DNA from: a virus
UHGV virus genome: UHGV-2005300
Reading direction: 5' to 3' (one strand)
DNA length: 38,727 nt
A program made the position numbers and the translations under genes. Of this stretch, positions 1-8,060 are shown piece after piece; the first letter of the stretch is position 1, and the number at the start of each line of letters is the position of its first letter. The notes under the pieces were generated by a model. The model had not been told where the DNA came from. It did no database searches and saw nothing but the letters and a program-made list of their open reading frames with translations.

Positions 1-105
1 TGCTGAGATTTCAACCTGTTGCAGTAAAAATGAGTAGATATAGGGCAAGTGTGCTGCCAAACCCATCTTTTACGGGGCGAAGGTAGATATTGTTAGAAGG
101 GTATC

Positions 106-120
106 TGGTGTCCCCTGCAG
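106..120. repeat. attL core TGGTGTCCCCTGCAG (displaced copy of the tRNA 3' end)
   Basis: Exact 15-bp match to 38652-38666; sequence diverges immediately on both sides. Confidence 0.8.
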
Positions 121-193
121 ACATCTACTTGAGGCGGCAGGGGATTGATTGGAATGGTGTTTTTTAGATGTGAAAAATATTTTACCCGCTATT

Positions 194-394
194 TTACCCA
201 TTGGCGCGGCTTAAGAGCTTATTTTTGAATTCACAATGGTCACGATATAACCATCTTGCTCGTCCGTGGATAACTTTGGCTTTAGGCAGGTCGCCGGACT
301 TAATCCGGTCATAGATGAAGGTCTTACCGAAGCCAGTATCAGCCATGATGAATTTCAAATCAACCAGTGAATCAGGTTGTAGTTCGTGTTGCAT
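194..394 (-). CDS. AlpA-family excisionase / small DNA-binding regulator
   Basis: 66 aa; motif MADTGFGKTFIYDRIKSGDLPKAKV resembles AlpA/Xis-type helix-turn-helix; GGAGA ribosome-binding site; last gene before attL. Confidence 0.6.
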   Translation of the reverse strand: MQHELQPDSLVDLKFIMADTGFGKTFIYDRIKSGDLPKAKVIHGRARWLYRDHCEFKNKLLSRANG

Positions 395-436
395 GAGTGC
401 TATCTCCGAATATGGAATCGAACCTGCAAATCAGGT

Positions 437-460
437 AATAAAAAAACCGCATTGATGCGG
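437..460 (-). terminator. Intrinsic terminator upstream of xis
   Basis: Minus-strand RNA CCGCAUcaAUGCGG followed by U7. Confidence 0.5.
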
Positions 461-517
461 CGATGGTAGGTCTGGATATCTTGATAAATGAAAATGCCTC
501 ATCGAGTGTGAGGCGGG

Positions 518-862
518 TTAGTCCTTGCGTAGCTCGCTGATTCTTCTGTAAGTCTCTGGTGCTTTGTTTCCGTGTATCTTCATTTCAGACTTCAACAGAG
601 CAACGAGAGAATCCCATTCGTTGAGGATGCCTTTGAATGCCGGAACGCGCTTTGCAACCTTGTCGAATGAATCTCTGATTTCTGGAATCTGCTCAACAAG
701 TGCAACGCATCGCCGGAAATCGGCTGCGTCATGTGGAGCACCGAAGCTATGACCATAGATATTCTTTTTCAGTCCACATGCGATTGAGGCAAGAGTTGCG
801 CTACTGATGCCGACATCGCCAGTCGATTGCCATTTCAAAACCTTCATAGCCAAATCTGACAT
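518..862 (-). CDS. Hypothetical protein (114 aa)
   Basis: ORF-track ORF 518-889 trimmed to the ATG at 862 (MSDLAMK...), because the upstream ATG lies inside the terminator hairpin. Confidence 0.5.
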   Translation of the reverse strand: MSDLAMKVLKWQSTGDVGISSATLASIACGLKKNIYGHSFGAPHDAADFRRCVALVEQIPEIRDSFDKVAKRVPAFKGILNEWDSLVALLKSEMKIHGNKAPETYRRISELRKD

Positions 863-874
863 TTCTTGTCTACA

Positions 875-897
875 ATAAAAAACCGCCATCAGGCGGC
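875..897 (-). terminator. Intrinsic terminator
   Basis: Minus-strand hairpin CCGCC-UGAU-GGCGG followed by U6; overlaps the stop of the 55-aa gene. Confidence 0.5.
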
Positions 898-1056
898 ATG
901 GTGTTCTTTCAGTTCTTCAATTCGAATATTGGTTACGTCTGCATGCGCTATCTGCGCCCATATCATCCAGTGGTTATAGCAGTCGTTGATGTTCTCTGCT
1001 TCGATAACTCTGTTGAATGGTTCTCCATTCCATTCACCTGTGACTCGGAAGTGCAT
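889..1056 (-). CDS. Hypothetical small protein (55 aa, MHFRVTGEWNGEPF...)
   Basis: Not in the ORF track (under 60 aa); ATG with GGAG ribosome-binding site 7 nt upstream; translated by hand. Confidence 0.4.
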   Translation of the reverse strand: MHFRVTGEWNGEPFNRVIEAENINDCYNHWMIWAQIAHADVTNIRIEELKEHHAA

Positions 1057-1068
1057 TTATCATCTCCA

Positions 1069-1094
1069 TAAAACAAAACTCGCCGTAGCGAGTT
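1069..1094 (-). terminator. Intrinsic terminator
   Basis: Minus-strand hairpin AACUCGC-uacg-GCGAGUU followed by a U-rich tract. Confidence 0.45.
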
Positions 1095-1139
1095 CAGATA
1101 TAATTTCCACCAAAGGCAGTAGTTGCTTGATGCTAAGAA

Positions 1140-1568
1140 TTATTCAATATCTATTCCTGTAATATCTTTTATCTTTTTCCTTGCAAAGCCTTTTGCTAGT
1201 GATTTTGAAACACTCATAAGTGTACTAATTCCCTCATCCTTAAAGTTTGTTTTTATAGCTTGCCAGACATCCTTTTGACGTAAGTCAGCAATAAAATCAT
1301 GCCCTCTTGCTGTCAACCTCAGTGGTACTTCGATCCAACTATATCCAACACCTTCCCCTAACGCTTTGGACATTATATGACCGAACCCAGGTTTTCCATC
1401 AACCCTGACTATTAATTCGTAGTCATATAATAATCGCATATGGAAAATAAAATCTTGGTCATATCTATTAAAGCCATTATCCTCTAGTTCACTAAGCATC
1501 GTGTCAGGGCCACGAGTTTTTTCGAATGCGATAAGTAGATCTTTTAGATATTGCTGGTCTAATTTCAT
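1140..1568 (-). CDS. Hypothetical protein (142 aa), AT-rich accessory gene
   Basis: Intact ORF with GGAGG ribosome-binding site 5 nt before the ATG; GC content visibly lower than neighbours; the motif LRLTARGHDFIADLRQKDVWQ may match a small phage DUF family (uncertain). Confidence 0.65.
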   Translation of the reverse strand: MKLDQQYLKDLLIAFEKTRGPDTMLSELEDNGFNRYDQDFIFHMRLLYDYELIVRVDGKPGFGHIMSKALGEGVGYSWIEVPLRLTARGHDFIADLRQKDVWQAIKTNFKDEGISTLMSVSKSLAKGFARKKIKDITGIDIE

Positions 1569-1578
1569 TGCCGCCTCC

Positions 1579-1590
1579 GTGACATGTCAC
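1579..1590. promoter_or_regulatory. Perfect 12-bp palindrome GTGACATGTCAC, candidate operator
   Basis: Sits immediately upstream of the ribosome-binding site of the 1140-1568 gene. Confidence 0.3.
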
Positions 1591-1757
1591 AGAGATTTAT
1601 ATCATTAATTTTGTTTCGTGCCAGCCTTTGGTCACCCAGCATTGTGAGTCACCATTACACGGGCATGAATTAACAGGAACTCTCTCGCCGCACTTACCGC
1701 AACGTTTTCTGCTGATCGATTTTATACGCCAGCGCACATGTGCATCATCCTGGCGGC

Positions 1758-2213
1758 TCAGTAACGCGATGTACTCACCAAACTCGCAAGGCGAATGCCT
1801 GAAGCGGCGCGTGGCTCAGTTACGATCCAGCATTTCAATTTCCTGAGCATCAAGTACAAGCTCCAGCTTACGCATACCGGATGATGCTTGCTTGGCTCTC
1901 TGATCGGCTTTGCGCTCTGCTGATGATTTAGCCATTCTGCTTTTCCTGCATTAGGAGAAAGACAATCATGGCGGCGCGGATACTTCCGGTATCTTTTTAC
2001 GCGATATTCCCCATCCAGAGCACATACAAGAAGAGATCCATCAACAGGAGTGAGTGATGAATCGACCACCAGCAATGCACCCTGCAATATTCCCTCACGA
2101 TGATGGCTACCAGCTGCCCTCAAGAAGTAGGTCGCTGAAGGATGTCTAATTATCTGCTGATCAAGAGAAATACGGCTCTCAGCATAATCCGCCGCAGGAG
2201 AAGGGAAGCCCAT
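1758..2213 (-). CDS. UmuD'-like S24-fold protein (HumD-like, no cleavable N-terminal arm), divergent C-terminus
   Basis: Starts M-GFPSPAADYAESRISLDQQIIRHPSATYF, closely matching E. coli UmuD from its Cys24/Gly25 cleavage site; the reading frame after VKRY no longer resembles UmuD. Confidence 0.6.
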   Translation of the reverse strand: MGFPSPAADYAESRISLDQQIIRHPSATYFLRAAGSHHREGILQGALLVVDSSLTPVDGSLLVCALDGEYRVKRYRKYPRRHDCLSPNAGKAEWLNHQQSAKPIREPSKHHPVCVSWSLYLMLRKLKCWIVTEPRAASGIRLASLVSTSRY

Positions 2214-2231
2214 AATACTCGCCTCTTAATG

Positions 2232-2274
2232 CTGTGTATATATACAGTATATGTTGAAGCTATATATTTTTGAA
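2232..2274 (-). promoter_or_regulatory. SOS promoter: LexA box CTGTGTATATATACAG overlapping -10 TATACT, with -35 TTCAAA
   Basis: CTGT-N8-ACAG consensus at 2232-2247, 19 bp upstream of the UmuD'-like ATG; 17-bp spacer between -35 and -10 (read on the minus strand). Confidence 0.7.
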
Positions 2275-2544
2275 CTCTATCTCTTAAAAAAGATGTTAAT
2301 AAGATGCTAACTATTGAAAGGCATAAATATATACTATTCCAACAAACGTTATTTTTAACAAATTTTTTCTCTCCGTTGACTTTTGCGAAAGCCTTGTCTG
2401 GCCTAAATTGCGCGGAAGCTACTTTTTCCTTCCTGAGTTATCCACAGAGTTATGCACTTGCATGTATAACCTATACACACTATCTTAATTCGCAAGACAT
2501 TGATGTTGCGGTATTGAAGGTTCATTGGGTTAAAAATAGACATT

Positions 2545-2575
2545 AAAAAGCCCAGTTGACTAGGCTGGGCTTTTT
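2545..2575. terminator. Bidirectional intrinsic terminator
   Basis: AAAAAGCCCAG-ttgactag-GCTGGGCTTTTT, with an A-run on one side and a T-run on the other. Confidence 0.55.
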
Positions 2576-2612
2576 AAAAGGAAACAGAGTTTGCGGCTCT
2601 GTTCCTGAGCCA

Positions 2613-2801
2613 TAAGTATCTGGCGACTGAATTAAGATTAACCGAATGTACTGGATTCATCAAGAAACGTTGAGTGGTCATACCAGGTAATAATGACCAT
2701 TTACTAAACATCGTTGTTCTCAAAGAAGATTTAAGTCCAGGTTTTTGGTGACTCTAAAACCTTACCTTAACTCGAAATCGTGCCGTAAGTATCTGGCGAC
2801 T
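2613..2801. repeat. Direct repeats TAAGTATCTGGCGACT (2613-2628, 2786-2801), part of a degenerate tandem duplication
   Basis: Two 16-bp copies; the 2771-2790 segment also resembles the 5' end of the small ORF at 2876. Confidence 0.5.
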
Positions 2802-2875
2802 ACAGATATTGCAACTGCAAAGGCAAGCCCAAAGGTATTTGCAGCTAGGCGCGATAAAACTAAGTGAGGCCTGTT

Positions 2876-2959
2876 ATGGTTAACTTACTGTTCAAAATCG
2901 TGCCGCCGATGTTCGCGATTATCAAAGCGATCATTGAGTACGTAAACCAGCGTCCATAA
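2876..2959 (+). CDS. Small hydrophobic peptide (27 aa, MVNLLFKIVPPMFAIIKAIIEYVNQRP)
   Basis: GAGG ribosome-binding site 6 nt upstream; followed by a GC-rich 8-bp stem hairpin at 2973-2997; opposite strand to the surrounding operon; under the ORF-track length cutoff. Confidence 0.35.
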   Translation: MVNLLFKIVPPMFAIIKAIIEYVNQRP

Positions 2960-3014
2960 CGCTAGTTGCTACAGGCCCCATCAAGAGCATGGGGCCTCTT
3001 TATCGTACTATTGC

Positions 3015-3680
3015 TTATTTTTTACGGACTGAGTTGTTCACTGCTCTGGCAATCTTCTCCCGCAATTGCTGCGTTCCGTGGTACTGAACCGCAATATCCC
3101 TCAACTCGTTCACCAGTTCTCGAATCTGGTGATCTTTAAGCTCATTATTTGGGTGATTGGTAACAACTCTGGTTAATTCACCCTTGTCTTTTGCTCTTAC
3201 GTATGCAGCTCTTGTGCATTCGACCCATGTATTACCGCCTACATTAACTTCGTAGATTAGGCTGGACTTATCTGTCAATTCGGAACAAATACGGGCCGTG
3301 GTCTGGCAACTAGAGCATTCGCAGTTATCGCGGAAACCGTGGTCTACTGGCTTCGGTTTCACATCATCAACTTTTTCTACCCTATTGGAATTTAAATACT
3401 TCGAAGCCTTGCTATGCCAATCGCTGGTTTTAGGATCTTGTCCATCCATCAAACGCCAGGCTTCAGCGATTAACTCATAACTAGTGACTGTAGCTTCCTG
3501 CGCATCACCAATAAGTCGTGTAATCTCTCTTTCAAGCCGACCGCCTAGCTCTGTTTTAGTGCAATGTTCTGACCAATCGCCAGCCTCAAGCAGCGCGAGA
3601 ATGCTTAAAATATCGTCCAATAGAACGGTAGTATTATCGACTTCCTTCTGAAACTCACCGGCTACTGATTTATGCATCAT
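3015..3680 (-). CDS. Hypothetical early protein (221 aa)
   Basis: Long intact ORF coupled (ATGA) to the upstream gene; contains a cysteine cluster DNCECSSCQTTARIC; no family recognised by eye. Confidence 0.7.
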   Translation of the reverse strand: MMHKSVAGEFQKEVDNTTVLLDDILSILALLEAGDWSEHCTKTELGGRLEREITRLIGDAQEATVTSYELIAEAWRLMDGQDPKTSDWHSKASKYLNSNRVEKVDDVKPKPVDHGFRDNCECSSCQTTARICSELTDKSSLIYEVNVGGNTWVECTRAAYVRAKDKGELTRVVTNHPNNELKDHQIRELVNELRDIAVQYHGTQQLREKIARAVNNSVRKK

Positions 3681-3898
3681 TCGTCATCCTCATCCGAGTC
3701 ATCCTCATCACAGGATGAGAGTAGTGGGTTAGTCATTCGCCCTACTTGAGTGGCGTAGCCACGCCGACAGAGATTGCGCAGCACACTGTATATTTCGAAC
3801 ATCTCGGTTCGTTCATCGCCAACATCAAGCTCAGATGCTATAGCGTGGCATTCAGTCGCGAGAGCCGATATTTTCTGAAATAACTCTGCTTTATTCAC
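3677..3898 (-). CDS. Hypothetical acidic small protein (73 aa, GTG start)
   Basis: Trimmed from ORF 3677-4075; proposed GTG start overlaps the stop of the upstream gene with GGAG 7 nt upstream; acidic C-terminal tail. Confidence 0.4.
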   Translation of the reverse strand: MNKAELFQKISALATECHAIASELDVGDERTEMFEIYSVLRNLCRRGYATQVGRMTNPLLSSCDEDDSDEDDE

Positions 3899-4187
3899 TC
3901 TTCGACTCCTGTGGCGGTTCTGGTAGTGGCATCCAGTGAGTTGCTTGCTCAATAATGAGTTGCTCTTCGCTTTTCTCCAGTTCAGCAATGCGCTTACTCC
4001 CATCCGAGATAACACCTTCGTAATACTCACGCTGCTCGTTGAGTTTTGATTCAAGTTCACCGAACTTACGGACAAGATATTCAGCGTTTGTTTCGTTAAC
4101 CTTTAAATCTCGTGGGATGCATTTACCTTTCAGAAATCCATCCATCTCAATTAGTGACATTTGTTTCATTTCTTCCCACTCCGCCAC
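3891..4187 (-). CDS. Hypothetical coiled-coil protein (98 aa)
   Basis: ORF-track ORF with protein-like charged/helical composition. Confidence 0.6.
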   Translation of the reverse strand: MAEWEEMKQMSLIEMDGFLKGKCIPRDLKVNETNAEYLVRKFGELESKLNEQREYYEGVISDGSKRIAELEKSEEQLIIEQATHWMPLPEPPQESKSE

Positions 4188-4348
4188 ATCGCATTCAGAT
4201 ATTTGTTTTGATTTACTGATGGAAAAGAATTTCTCTTAAGCAATTCCTCTCTCGATGGCATTGGCTTTACGCGTTGGCGAATAATCATTTCTGCCGGAAG
4301 AATGCCGGGATTGTATGCAAGTCCTCTCATGGTAAATTCCTCAGTCAT
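4166..4348 (-). CDS. Hypothetical small protein (60 aa)
   Basis: Internal ATG of ORF 4166-4480 that overlaps the stop of the upstream 97-aa gene. Confidence 0.35.
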   Translation of the reverse strand: MTEEFTMRGLAYNPGILPAEMIIRQRVKPMPSREELLKRNSFPSVNQNKYLNAMWRSGKK

Positions 4349-4634
4349 TACTGATAGCGCCATAGCGTGAGCGGTAATTACGCAGGCGCGGGTCAATTTC
4401 AGGGAAGTGGGTATATGTGGCTTTGCGGAATGGTCGGATTGATGTCTGGTAAATTCGCTCGCGTTCTTCTTTCTCTGCAAGCCATATACAGTGGCGAAAT
4501 TCCTTTTCCTCTTTCGTTTCCTGCGGTAGAGCCATTATTCGATCGTAGTTTTTTCTGAATTTATCCAGCACCTCCGATACGGAATTGCCGGAACAGCGGC
4601 GTGGGTCATCCGCACCATACAGAGGCGCTGGCAT
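4341..4634 (-). CDS. Hypothetical early protein (97 aa), possibly Abc2-like anti-RecBCD
   Basis: Position downstream of erf and size match my recollection of P22 Abc2; not verified. Confidence 0.55.
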   Translation of the reverse strand: MPAPLYGADDPRRCSGNSVSEVLDKFRKNYDRIMALPQETKEEKEFRHCIWLAEKEERERIYQTSIRPFRKATYTHFPEIDPRLRNYRSRYGAISND

Positions 4635-4657
4635 AATTAAATCCTTATTTTTCTAAA

Positions 4658-5041
4658 TCAGAATGGGATGGAATCGTCGTATACAGGAGTGTTCTGCTGG
4701 TTACTACTTTGCTGCTGCGGGCCATTTCCTGAAGCTGCAAATCCAATTTTTGCATTCAGTAATTCAAGAGTGATTGATTGACCATTTTGCCCCTGATAAA
4801 CATCAACCCTGATGTTTTCTCCGGTAATTTCCACAATGCCACCTTCAACAAGAACACTACGGTAGTAATCCGCTTGCGCTCCCGGCTTGGCAAATACAAC
4901 GGCGCTGTAGTTTGTCCATTCTTTCTTTTTTGTCTGGCGATCGTAATACTGAACGCCAGCACGGATGTTGAATCCGATATTTTCCCCGGCCTGAAACTCT
5001 CTTGCGGGCTTGTTTAGTCTTACAGTAATCGAATGTGCCAT
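4658..5041 (-). CDS. SSB-like protein (127 aa) with SSB-type C-terminal tip
   Basis: Gln/Gly-rich linker and C-terminus PVYDDSIPF, resembling the bacterial SSB DDDIPF tip; ATG overlaps the erf stop (TAATG). Confidence 0.65.
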   Translation of the reverse strand: MAHSITVRLNKPAREFQAGENIGFNIRAGVQYYDRQTKKKEWTNYSAVVFAKPGAQADYYRSVLVEGGIVEITGENIRVDVYQGQNGQSITLELLNAKIGFAASGNGPQQQSSNQQNTPVYDDSIPF

Positions 5042-5646
5042 TAAGCAGCCGCTCCTTCTAATTCGTCTCGTCTGATGTTGTAAACGCCCTGCGCTTTGTG
5101 CTGCTCCGGTGTGCCTTCGAGCATCTTCCACGCTTTGGCGAACGCCTGTTTAAGCTCTTCTACGGTGTTTTTCTGCATTGCTGCGTCAGTGAATGCTTTT
5201 AGAACCTGTTCAGGTGTAGGTGATGGCTTTGATTGCTTTGCTGCTGCGTTCTGCTGATGTTTATGCTCGTCGGTATCTGCATCTTTCGCATCATCAATGC
5301 CGAATAAACCATTGAGGCAATACTTGCGTGCATAAGAGCTTGTAGCTCCAGTAACTTGTGCAGAATCCATTCCTTTCTTGCTTTCTTCCTCTCGTGCAAG
5401 AGCGGTTGCCGTATGACTGTTTTCGCCATCGGTAATAGTTGCCGTGGCTTTCACGTAATACCGATCACCAATCAACACAACTTCATCGCTGATTGATAAA
5501 AACAGGCCATTCAGTAACGGCTTAACGCCTTCAAGAATGTCTTCGCAGCTTCTGTATTTATATTTGCCGAATGAGTTGTACTGATTCTTTGGCGCGTTCA
5601 GATTCTCCTGAATAGCTGCCAGTCTTGCGTAAAATTCTTTGCTCAT
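5041..5646 (-). CDS. erf: Erf-family single-strand annealing recombinase
   Basis: MSKEFYARLAAIQENLNAPKNQYNSFGKYKYRSCEDILEG matches P22 Erf from memory; first ATG of the ORF. Confidence 0.85.
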   Translation of the reverse strand: MSKEFYARLAAIQENLNAPKNQYNSFGKYKYRSCEDILEGVKPLLNGLFLSISDEVVLIGDRYYVKATATITDGENSHTATALAREEESKKGMDSAQVTGATSSYARKYCLNGLFGIDDAKDADTDEHKHQQNAAAKQSKPSPTPEQVLKAFTDAAMQKNTVEELKQAFAKAWKMLEGTPEQHKAQGVYNIRRDELEGAAA

Positions 5647-5747
5647 ATTATTGTTCTCAGAATGGACACGGCCCAAGGAAATAACGCTGATTTAATACTT
5701 CGACTCGGGACAAATTAAGGCATACCCGCATCCCTTCGCGGTCACCA

Positions 5748-5906
5748 TTATGGCGATACCAGAGAGCTTTCTGCGTGTACATGCGTCTCTGTAACTTGCT
5801 CTCCTTCACTGTGGTTGCAAGTGACATGAATATCTCCTTCGTTACCGATTAAATCTTTCATCTGACGAATGAATTCTTCGTCTGACCAGTTATCTGTAAA
5901 ACTCAT
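5748..5906 (-). CDS. Hypothetical small protein (52 aa, MSFTDNWSDEEF...)
   Basis: ATG overlaps the kil-like stop (ATGA); a competing overlapping 56-aa ORF exists at 5657-5827. Confidence 0.3.
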   Translation of the reverse strand: MSFTDNWSDEEFIRQMKDLIGNEGDIHVTCNHSEGEQVTETHVHAESSLVSP

Positions 5907-6055
5907 TTCCTGCGATACCACGGAAGGTTGATAGCTGATTTCATCGCTTTATTTGCTTCAAGCCACATTTTTGAATCACCAATAAATCTGGCTATTACTG
6001 CTTTGTTCTGTGCAGCACGAAGCATCTGGTGATTAATGGCTATTTCATTGCGCAT
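5903..6055 (-). CDS. kil: Kil-like small protein (50 aa)
   Basis: Segment IARFIGDSKMWLEA resembles lambda Kil as I recall it; GGAGG ribosome-binding site; position after cIII as in lambda. Confidence 0.45.
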   Translation of the reverse strand: MRNEIAINHQMLRAAQNKAVIARFIGDSKMWLEANKAMKSAINLPWYRRK

Positions 6056-6174
6056 AACGCCTCCAGTTGTTTCTTTGCTGCTCTGATTAATTGTTTAACT
6101 CGGCGTGATAATTCAGATTCGTGCGGGTAGAAAGCGGACATGACGCCGCTACCCGCGAGCTGAAAGTGCATCAT
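6040..6174 (-). CDS. cIII: cIII-like small protein (44 aa)
   Basis: MMHFQLAGSGVMSAFYPHESELSRRVKQLIR resembles the lambda CIII core; AAGGAG ribosome-binding site before ATGATG. Confidence 0.5.
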   Translation of the reverse strand: MMHFQLAGSGVMSAFYPHESELSRRVKQLIRAAKKQLEALCAMK

Positions 6175-6257
6175 GGGTAACTCCTTATATTTGATTGCAT
6201 AACGAAAATGCCTCTCGTGAAGCATTATTGGTATGCGGTAAAGCCGCGCTCAGGCGG

Positions 6258-6506
6258 CTACTCTATTTCTTCTTCGAATGATTTTATTAGTCGGTCAATA
6301 ACATCATCCGTTTCAATATCATTTCCGTCTGATTGCTTTAATACATCTATTGATTCTGCAGCGGTAAATTCCATCGCTGTGAGAAACTCGACAATTGTAC
6401 ACTCAACGACATATCGTTCTTCATCTGTACGACATGAGATAAAAGAGCATTTAATTGCTGTTATTACTTTTTGTTTAAGCTCTGCAGGGTAATCAGTTTT
6501 TATCAT
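6258..6506 (-). CDS. Hypothetical acidic protein (82 aa)
   Basis: Intact ORF with GGAG ribosome-binding site; first gene after the terminator at 6519-6548. Confidence 0.6.
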   Translation of the reverse strand: MIKTDYPAELKQKVITAIKCSFISCRTDEERYVVECTIVEFLTAMEFTAAESIDVLKQSDGNDIETDDVIDRLIKSFEEEIE

Positions 6507-6518
6507 CGTTTACTCCGT

Positions 6519-6548
6519 CAAAAAAAACTGCCCTCACATTGGAGGGCA
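6519..6548 (-). terminator. Intrinsic terminator in the leftward early operon (tL-like)
   Basis: Minus-strand hairpin GCCCUC-caaugu-GAGGGC followed by U8. Confidence 0.55.
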
Positions 6549-6670
6549 AAGAAGATTTCCAATAATCAGAACAAGTCGGCTCCTGTTTAGTTACGAGCGA
6601 CATTGCTCCGTGTATTCACTCGTTGGAATGAATACACAGTGCAGTGTTTATTAGTATGCCTGTCTTTTAA

Positions 6671-7568
<898 letters not shown>

Positions 7569-7836
7569 CTGGATTCTCCTGTCAGTTAGCTTTGGTGGTG
7601 TGGTGGCTGGTAGTCTAGCTCCAGCTTGTTGAGTCTCATTCGGAGGGGTATAACCGGCACCCCAGCGATTTTTCCATGCGACAACGTGCGCGTTATGGCG
7701 GCCTTATCGCCCGCGGCTCCCCATCTCGTCCACGCTATTGCTAGCGTTGGGAGCGCTTCACCGCTCAACAGTAGGTAAGCACTTGCCAGTGACTAGCTGG
7801 CTTCACCACACCCCAAAGCCTTCTGCTTTGAATGCT

Positions 7837-7867
7837 GCCCTTCTTCAGGGCTTAATTTTTAAGAGCC
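7837..7867 (-). promoter_or_regulatory. nutL (boxA GGCTCTTAA, boxB GCCCTGAAGAAGGGC)
   Basis: Read on the minus strand; boxB identical to lambda nutL; lies between the candidate pL and N. Confidence 0.8.
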
Positions 7868-7906
7868 TCACCTTCATGGTGGTCAGTGCGTCCTGCTGAT
7901 GGCTAA

Positions 7907-7935
7907 ATAGTACGATTTGTACTTTATCGAGTCAA
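7907..7935 (-). promoter_or_regulatory. Candidate pL (-35 TTGACT, -10 TACTAT) with overlapping dyad AGTACgatttGTACT
   Basis: 17-bp spacer; located between the cI terminator and nutL; dyad at 7909-7923. Confidence 0.45.
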
Positions 7936-7999
7936 TACAAAATGTTCTAAATATAATTAGTTTTTTATAACGCTTTGTATTTAATGGGTTTATATTTTG

Positions 8000-8030
8000 G
8001 AAAAAGAAAACCCGACGCTAAGGTCGGGTT
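8000..8030 (-). terminator. Intrinsic terminator downstream of the repressor gene
   Basis: Minus-strand hairpin AACCCGAC-cuuagc-GUCGGGUU followed by UUUUCUUUUU. Confidence 0.55.
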
Positions 8031-8060
8031 ATTGTTGTGTGTTTTAGAGTTGTGAGGCTG

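Noticed and set aside
1628-1846. 72-aa plus-strand ORF
   Set aside because: Antisense to the UmuD'-like 3' region and the intergenic promoter area; no translation signals.
2304-2546. 80-aa plus-strand ORF in the AT-rich gap
   Set aside because: Low-complexity translation with no ribosome-binding site; probably a chance ORF in AT-rich DNA, though it does end at the bidirectional terminator.
7586-7768. 60-aa minus-strand ORF between nutL and N
   Set aside because: Falls in the untranslated N leader, which is structured RNA in lambda; no ribosome-binding site.
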